A stretch of 60,349 nucleotides of DNA, filler included, from Dugesia japonica (lineage: Eukaryota), in NCBI GenBank assembly GCA_001938525.1. It is 6 parts of 6 records of this genome, joined end to end, with 100 filler letters (N's around TTAATTAATTAA, not from the genome) between each part and the next. Parts side by side here need not be neighbours in the genome. Positions count along the whole stretch, not along the records: positions 51,405 to 60,349 come from MQRL01625146.1; 5 more parts are not named here. One strand, written 5' to 3'. This document shows, piece by piece, positions 51,886-60,349 of the stretch. Numbering within the stretch: position 1 is the stretch's first letter; the number at the start of each line of letters is the position of its first letter. Below the pieces are notes generated by a model. That model had not been told where the DNA came from. It saw only the letters and a list, made by a program, of their open reading frames with translations, and ran no database searches. A program made the position numbers and the translations under genes.

Positions 51886-52170
51886 AAAAATTTGAAATAA
51901 TAAAAGGTTTTATCAATATCAATAAATAATCTTTAAAATAAATATATTTATATAAAAAACTAAATAATATGAATTAAAAAAATATTTAATATGAATTTGA
52001 AAGAAACTATTAAAAATAAATTAATTAATAAATCGAATAAAAAGTTTTATAAAGCTAATTTAAAAAACAAAGTTAAAATTCATAATTAAATAAACCAAAA
52101 AAATGTCTATAAAATCTAAAGAATTGAGTAACAAAGATCTATTGCATTGAATATATCAAGAAGCCAATAT

Positions 52171-52204
52171 GTTCCTGAAGAAGACTATTGTAGAAAATTT
52201 GAAC
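52171..52204 (+). ncRNA. Minimal type I hammerhead ribozyme-like motif (degenerate) in the Penelope 3' repeat
   Basis: gttc CTGAAGA agac tatt gta GAAA attt gaac; stem I gttc/gaac; stem II is intact in the copy at 29859-29893. Confidence 0.5.
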
Positions 52205-52544
52205 TTTTTGAATACTTGGACGACTTTTTTGAAAATTTGAACAAAAACATTTTATTTTGATCGAAGCTTTTTCTTTATTCAAATGAGATTACAAATATGA
52301 GTTCATGAAAAATTTAAAGCGTTTCGCATTGAGATTTTCTATGTAAAATCATATTATCAAAATATTTTTTTTACGACATGGACTTTCAAATCTTTAGATA
52401 AACTGTCAAAATTCCCACCTATTGCGTAAACTTTCACACCCTAACCTTTACTATTTGTTAATGAAAAATAATGAGTATCAAAAATTATTTGTAAACCTCA
52501 GAATTCAACAACTTAATATTGACCTTTTAAACATCATTCATTTA

Positions 52545-52550
52545 ATTATA

Positions 52551-52613
<63 letters not shown>

Positions 52614-52829
52614 NNNNNNNNNNNNNNNNNNNNNNNNNNNNNNNNNNNNNNNNNNNNNNNNNNNNNNNNNNNNNNNNNNNNNNNNNNNNNNNNNNNNNNN
52701 NNNNNNNNNNNNNNNNNNNNNNNNNNNNNNNNNNNNNNNNNNNNNNNNNNNNNNNNNNNNNNNNNNNNNNNNNNNNNNNNNNNNNNNNNNNNNNNNNNNN
52801 NNNNNNNNNNNNNNNNNNNNNNNNNNNNN

Positions 52830-52888
<59 letters not shown>

Positions 52889-52912
52889 ATTATTATTAGT
52901 GTTATTATTAAT
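52545..52912. repeat. (ATT)n microsatellite
   Basis: Direct reading, spanning an N gap. Confidence 0.9.
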
Positions 52913-53099
52913 ATTCAAAAAGCAAAATAAAATTTTTAATAGCCAGATGACAGAAAATGTACACAAAGTTTTAAAAATTCTTTGTATTTTAATCTCCATG
53001 ATTATAATATGGACAAAAATTATTATCCGGTATACTTAATTGTACATGGTTATTTTAGTTATAATTGACAATTCGAAGATTCAGAAAAAATGTTTTAAA

Positions 53100-54470
53100 T
53101 TTAGCGATATCGGTCACATCAGATTAAATAGCAAGACGGCATTAAATGACAAGAAAGAATAAGCGATCGATTTCGTCTATTCGCCACCAATTTGAATCGG
53201 TTGCAAATTGTTGAGTACGCGTTAATGGGAGTTTAGACAAGACTCATGTCTATAAAATGCGGCATGAGGCCAATAAAACGAGTTGCTTGATGGCCAAAGA
53301 AAACAGCGATAGTTTTCCTCAACCCATATCATGTTTTTGCATTATCCACAGACTGGCTGATAGTTTCGAAACGTATGTATGAAAAGTGCATTGTTTGAGA
53401 AAAGTAGTAACGTAAAGAAGTGGGATAAGAAGACATACGAATTTTAACAGAATGTGTTGTAAGCGTTTAGAGTCTGTGGACAGGAGTGCACTGGATATAC
53501 TAGGAAAGTGGGATATCTTATCTATGGTGATAGATGAGATGGACGAATCCCAATTGAGTTTTATGTGTTGGATAAGCTGCCGTTTGACATCGAGGTTATA
53601 ACTATTAAATTTTCTAACTGTAAATCACAAGTAGTTGTTAAAAACAAGTATTCAAGAGTCTGTATAATGAACAGCATACCAAGAAAGAGAAAACCTTTAG
53701 ATGCATTCGTGGCAATACCTGAGAATGATCAGAACTTACATATTGATGACAATGATTTTACAGCATAGTTTGGAAATGGTTAATGAACTCTTGGATGGAC
53801 GTTTGCTGTGGGAAACCTATTGGTCAAAAATACAGTCATAATTATTCGTTGGCTTTTGATGACTTACAGTTATTTAATGTTGCAATACAGAGTTACTGGT
53901 TGATTAGGGTTCAGAGAAATATGTTAAAGTCAGGAACATGATTTTGAGAAAATTCGAATGAGGTAAAACAAAGGTGCGGTGTGTAATTGATTGCAGGTTT
54001 GTAAATGATCAAATTGATAGTTTTCCAGGTTTGTCACTTCCTAACGACCACGAAAGACTCGGATAAAAACGTATGTTAGAGTCTGATTGAGCTGATATGG
54101 AACTCAACAGTGCTTACTTACAATGCTTACTTATCAAGTTTTAAAGTTTGCCGAGAAACTTATATGTTATGAGTAGGCTTCACTTCATGTTGATTATATC
54201 GCCGTAAGTAGGGAACTAGTGAAAACTTTAGAGTTTTAAGTCTTAGCATGGATAATGACTACGAATGACATAAAGACAAGGAGTTACCTCAGCACAAAAA
54301 TGGCACGCTGACACGGATAACGGTGCATGGGATCTTGGGTGATTGGATTTCTGTTGGCGGATGGTTAAGAGTAGCATGTGCGTATATACAATGATTAATG
54401 GCAAAGGAGAAAATTATATGGGATAAAATTATGTTTTATAATGTTTAAATATTATTGAGGAGACTGTGAA
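53100..54470 (+). pseudogene. Heavily decayed coding-like segment, possibly a viral/LTR-element envelope glycoprotein
   Basis: GC-richer and intronless, with Cys/Trp-containing frame fragments and a hydrophobic C-terminal stretch; no diagnostic motif recognised. Confidence 0.25.
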
Positions 54471-55775
54471 AACGATTTGAACCTGAAAAAGGTAGACGGT
54501 TGGTGAACTCTAATAGAGAAGCAACTGTATTATTATTAATTTTCAGAAAACAATTAAAAAAAAATTTTTGTAAATTAACAGAGGATAGAAACGAAATGAT
54601 ACGTTTTTAAAAAATTATTTTATTAGAAACAACATTAGACATTAAATTATTACATCGCTAGTAGTGCAATTTATGGCAAAAATGTTTGTATATTACCTAT
54701 AAGAAAGTTGCATTTAATTTTCCCAGAGTAAAAAAACTTTCAAAAGATTATAAAAGACAATTTTATGAAAGTAGGAATATAGTTCAACACGGGAAAACTA
54801 TCCCTCTCCGCAACCCACTAAGTGTATAAAAATTTTTGTTTTGGTTTTTGGACAGCTTGATTGAATAAAAATATATGTATGTCTGTTTCAGTAGCACTAA
54901 TGAAAATGCAGAGAAATTTCACAAGTGTTTTAGTATCAACTAATCAAAATGGAGGAATAAATGCACTCTTCTCATCATGTATATGTGGTATATGTGGTGT
55001 ATGTATGTTGGCTTTTAATCGGAAGATGAGTTATTTATTGTCTCTCTCTCAATGTATGTGTTTGTCATCTGACTGGTTACTTTATAACGTATAAATTATT
55101 TACCGTTAAGAAGAAGTAAATTTAATTATTTTAATTTCGTAAGTTAATTTATTTTAATAAAGGAGAGTTTGTAAATTACCCTACGGCTAAGGGGGAAGGA
55201 TGTGTGAGATAAATTGTTATGGAATATTAATGGTGGAAAGATATGTGTCAACAAATCTTTCGCGTAACGCAAACTTGTTCTAAAGAAGTAACAAATTATT
55301 TGTAACTGATAAAATTTTGACAAAAATAATGAAAACAAAAAGGTTTACTTTGGAAATTTCAATAGAAATTATTTTTCCATTAATTAAATTTCTTGTGAGT
55401 TTTATTGATCAGGTCATTTAAGTTTTGCATAAAATTAATCTAAAGTCGTAGTACAAGAAATAAAAACCATAAATTCAAATAAAGAAAAATGTGTTTTTAC
55501 ATTTTCCCAGTTCACAAGAATTCCTGATGTCATGGTAGAATGTTTTGTCAAAAAACATAGTATTATATATGAATTTTATCTTATTTATGAAAATTCTTTA
55601 TATTGGGTATTTTTCAAATAAATTATAACATAAACCAAAGAAAATTTAAAAACACAGTTTTTTCTATTTTTTGAATGTAGAACAGCTTTTAATATTTGTC
55701 ACTATTGTGTAAATATAATTTTATGGTTATATAATATGACTCATTTTACTTTTTTCAAATATATTTATATCTTCT

Positions 55776-55832
55776 ATAGTGACCTAGCGAGGGTATTTGG
55801 CACCTGAGGCGGTCCCTAAATTTTGCCGCCTA
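55776..55832. mobile_element. hAT-like transposon terminus
   Basis: tagtgacctagcgagggtatttggcacctgaggcgg resembles CAGTGGCSTAGC...GGCGCCCGGGGC hAT ends. Confidence 0.45.
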
Positions 55833-56968
55833 GTTCACAACAATCATTTTGATGGACTAGGACGCAAGATCCTGTGAACGAAAGCAAATTATAGACATTA
55901 AAAAATAAATAAAAAAATAAAGATGGAGCGCGACAGATTACGAATGGAAAACTCGTTAAGCATGGTATAAAGGTGGCGGTGTGTGTGGCAAGTCGAAACT
56001 TTCTGAACAGTTGTGATTTGGTGAATGTCAATACGATAATCAAGACAGCGTCATACAGTAGTTGACAGACAATATGATTTATTGATGAGTGAAACAAATT
56101 AATTGCCGGCTCAATTGGTATATAAACAAATATGGAATGTGAAGCAATTACCTTATTATTTTGAAATTATACACTGACCAATTTTGATCATTATTACTAA
56201 CAGTTTTATTTGGTTAGAATTACTCTAAGTTTCAAAAGGTTTACAATTTCTTGGTTAGTACTAATTCAGTGCAATGGAAAAAGTAAATTTATGTTATTGT
56301 TTTGATTGATTTTTAAATATTTGTTATGATGATCCGGGTGACATAAATCAAACTGATGATTTTGCTCCGCAAGAGATAAATATCGAATTGAATTTATTCT
56401 AAAAGAGATTAAATTCGAAGAAAATTTATTTCTGCTGAGGAAAGTCCAGTTAATAGATGAACAGAAATCATTGTGTTGAAAGAGAAATATAAATTCAAAT
56501 CGGAGATATTTTACTGAAAGAAAGTCAAGTTGCCCGACGAATTGAATTTAGTTTTGAGAAATTGTAAAATTAGTTTGAAATTATATTGTCAAAAAAGAGT
56601 CGATAAAAGCCAAATCGAGCTTATTTTATCAAAAGAAAGCAAAATTCGGACTGAAATTCGTTTATCGAAAGAGAACAGATGAAGACCAACTTGAGTATAA
56701 TTCATCAAAAGATAGCAAAACTTAGGCTAAGATTATAGTATTGAGAGATCGAGAAGAATTAAATTAAACATTTGTGATCAAGGAAAAGTCAAGATGTCAG
56801 ATGAGTTGAATTTATCTTGTTTAAAGGACATTGAAATAAGACACGCAAGCTGAATTTTTTTCATGAAGCTAAAACCATTGAGAACCAAACTGCAACTATG
56901 TTATCGAAATAAAGACGGATTAACAGTCTAATTAAATTAATCTGGACGAAATGAAGTGTGGTTGGAAC

Positions 56969-59103
56969 TATGGAATGCAAAACTGAAAGGAATTTCGAAA
57001 ATCGTTATCCTGGTTTTGAATACCGAAAAATTTGATTCTTCAAAGAAGAATTCAGAGGATTAAATTATTGAACTTTATTTCATATTTTATTTGAATATAA
57101 CAAATTTATTTCATTTTTGTAATAATTCATTAGCAAATAATATCTTGTAATAGAAAATTACAAAAACTATATAGCACTACAAGTTAAATAAGTGTTTTAC
57201 TTCTATACATTTTTAATTGTTTTAAAAGAAACTAGTAGAAAACGTAAAGCATCAATTGACTCATTGTTCAAGTTTGTTTGAATTTTCGTTCAGATATGAC
57301 CTGCAGCCGAAAATGTCCTTTCAACCTCAATACTTGTAGGCCGGATTGTCAATAAAACATCAAAAATTTGCTCGATATATTTTCCCCGTGTTTCTACCTC
57401 TTTAAACAACGAAATTCTTATTCAAAAGATAAGAATTATCTTGGGTTTTCTTTGTTTTCTATCCAGAAATCACTTAATTTACTTCTTTTGATATAGCCTG
57501 ATCAAGTAGTTCCTTCATACTAAGTTTTCCAAATTGGTTCTGCTGTTCCTTAATTACTTGAACTTTAAAATCATTATTTTCTTCAATATTTTCGTTACAA
57601 AAGTTATGTTTTGCAATAAATAAATCGTATTTTTGTGTTAAATTCAACACAGACTTAACTATTAAATTTTGGTGAGTTTTGAAAATGAAAACCTTTTTTG
57701 GTCATCGGCTGTGCATGTTTCTTTATTTACTTCAAATGCATGATGTATATATTATGTAATGCCCAAAATTTTGGTACGACGCTCTCAAATTTGTTTCTTT
57801 ATTGCATTTAATAATTAAGTACCTAGTAGTGTATTTATCTTTTGAATTTCCTGGAATAAGAATTTGAATGTTGCATCATTTATAATAAAATTTGTATCAT
57901 TGTGANACAATGTCTCAACCACTAATTTAACAGGAACTAAAGAAAAAATAGCCGATGAAACTATTTTATATTCATATTCAAAGAAATTGATTGTCCATTT
58001 CAAATCTATAATTGATTTTTGAGTACAGCTTCTTAGTAAAACAATTTTTTCCGTCATAGTAAGCAGACTATTTCATCTAATTTTACAATCTAATATTTAA
58101 ATCCACTCTTTTACAAACTCTGCTTTTACATATTTTTTAAAATTTCATCGTTTTGATACTTGATTTACGAAAGATTTTGATGATTTTTCTCATTTTAATA
58201 ATTAAATGACCGAGCTCTTTATAATTAATTACTGATTTTTCCACCGTTTCTTTTTCGATTGAGAAAATACTGTTTACATTAATAACATCATATTCATTTA
58301 AAATAAAGCTTTGATCAAAATTTTTTATTTTTTTTATTTATTGATATATCGAATTGTTATCAAATATCAATAAAAAAACCAAAAGAATTTTGATCGAAGC
58401 TTTTATTTTAAATGAATTTTGTAAAACGATCAATATATCATATTCATCTTCAGATTTGTCCTCGAATATTATGGGTCTTCATAATATTTACCTATAGAAT
58501 GTTTTCATATAGAATATATGTTCGAGATACTATTAACTATTTTCTTTCATTAGACCAAGATATGTGTAGAATAATAAATCTTAAAATAGTTCTTCTTCAG
58601 TCTAACTCATTTGCTTTGTTGCAGAAAAAATGTACAACTACCAACACATAATACATAGTAGGTGAAAGAAAAGAATCTATTACTTTAACTGTATATAATT
58701 AACAGTTTATTATATACATAGTTTATTACATACATATAGTATATATAAATATATTATATATGTATAAATAATAATGTTTAATATGTATCTTCATAAAATT
58801 GAATATTATTTTTAAATTAATAGTAACTTCAAGGACATTAAGTATTCTGTAAAAATTGAATCAAACCATCATATAAAACAGAACTAAACAATTTAACTAG
58901 AAAAAATTAGTCGGATTAGGTCTGGCTTATGTTTTGGCCAATCTTTTTGTCTGATTTAGTGTATCGCCAGAATAAACGTTCGATAAATTGTAATTAAATT
59001 GATACGGACATTGTCTGTAACAAAAAGCGGTATTGAAAACCGGCTCAAAATGGTCTGGGATCCCGGTTTTAGGAATTCTGGAATCACAGTTTTGCAATCC
59101 TTA
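56969..59103 (-). mobile_element. hAT transposon with both TIRs and a decayed transposase
   Basis: TIRs tatggaatgcaaaactg / cagttttgcaatcctta; minus strand LLTIRPTSIEVERTFSAAG..TKIQTNLNNESIDALRFL (hATC dimerisation domain) at ~57225-57400. Confidence 0.8.
58290..58420. repeat. Fold-back hairpin element inserted in the hAT transposon
   Basis: attcatttaaaataaagctttgatcaaaatt... / ...aattttgatcgaagcttttattttaaatgaat. Confidence 0.75.
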
Positions 59104-60276
59104 ATTAAAACCCAGACTAAACAAAGTAATTGACAAGTTATGTTGACTAAGGTCTTATGAAATAAGTGGCTAGTTGAGACGAGCCGTGAAAGAAGTGAAC
59201 GAAAATGCTACTGATTGGTGCATTAGATGCCAATGTTAGTAGAGGGATAGGTCCGCACGGGCACAGTGCATAACATTAATCATCCCATTTCCTTGAGTAT
59301 TAGAAATAACAGTCCCGCCTCAAAAAGATGCGCAAATGCAGACTGTCCCTATCACTACACTCTTCATAAGCAACTGATCTTCCGCATTACGTCAAACTAA
59401 ATTTATTAATCGATATTTATTTAATTTATGATAACTATAAAAAACATTTTTTTAATTATATTTACAATGAAATTGTATTAATCTCAAATACAGTTATTAA
59501 AAAACATAAATTTCATGTTAAAAAAATTGAATAATAAAAAAGGAATTTTTTTAAAATTAAGCTATTGCATTTTTGCAGTCGATTGTGAGATTTCATTCTG
59601 TCACTGTTTTCTTCACATTTATTTGCAGAATATGCAGAGCGTTTCTCGTCTGAAATATAATAAATTAATATTTTACCGCATGATTTAATAACTATATTTA
59701 CAAATGTAGATATGTTACGTTATTGGTTTTAGTAAACAAATAGATTGAGATATGCAAACATAAATAAAGGAAAAGATTTATGAAATTCACATTAAGAATT
59801 TTAAAATGAAATGTATGCATAAGCAAAACGTAATAATAAATGATTGTAAATGAATGTATATGTAAATGAAATGCCAGAGTCTTGAGAAATTAAAAATGTA
59901 GAAAGGAATAAATTATTTATGTAAGAATAAAGAAATATTAATTAAAATGTAAAAAATATCAGGATATCAGAGACATTATCGAAGAATGAAAAATAGCGAT
60001 TCGGAAAGCTATTGAGCTTTTTAAAAAATAATGAAAGAAAAAGAAAGCCAAGTAGAATACTGCATGGATTATACAAAAATCAATGAAAATTATTTAGTAT
60101 TTTCTGCATATAAAATCTTGTTTAATATGATGAATGATTTCTATATTTTTTCAGTTAATATAATTGGTGTGTCGTTTATTTGAACGGAAAACTCTTCATT
60201 TCCACGTAAATAAGATTTTGTCTCTGCCACTAATTTATTTTCTTTTTAAGAAATAAAGTAAAATTTTAGTTTTTGT

Positions 60277-60285
60277 GTTATTATT

Positions 60286-60349
<64 letters not shown>
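60277..60349. repeat. (ATT)n microsatellite
   Basis: Direct reading. Confidence 0.9.

Overview
Very AT-rich eukaryotic (metazoan-like) DNA with many very short (~30-60 nt) spliceosomal introns. It is not one contiguous locus. Five identical 100-nt spacers (44 N + TTAATTAATTAA + 44 N, at 9516-9615, 19458-19557, 29941-30040, 42204-42303 and 51305-51404) join six separate ~9-12 kb scaffolds. Host genes recognised are a partial dynactin p150Glued (DCTN1) and the F-BAR N-terminal part of an SRGAP-family gene, both on the minus strand. Most of the rest is transposon debris (mariner, Tigger/pogo, hAT, Merlin, Harbinger and Tigger MITEs, Gypsy integrase tails, a Penelope GIY-YIG), microsatellites and a 28S rRNA fragment. 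Highlights: (1) two independent decayed copies of a Polinton/adintovirus-like module in which an A32/FtsK packaging ATPase lies head-to-head with a TATA-binding-protein-fold gene; (2) a GC-richer island (11.4-14.1 kb) of unexplained basic coiled-coil ORFs ending in an array of seven perfect AP-1/GCN4 palindromes; (3) hammerhead-ribozyme-like cores in a Penelope-associated repeat. All family assignments come from motif recognition by eye, not database searches, and coordinates of decayed elements are approximate.
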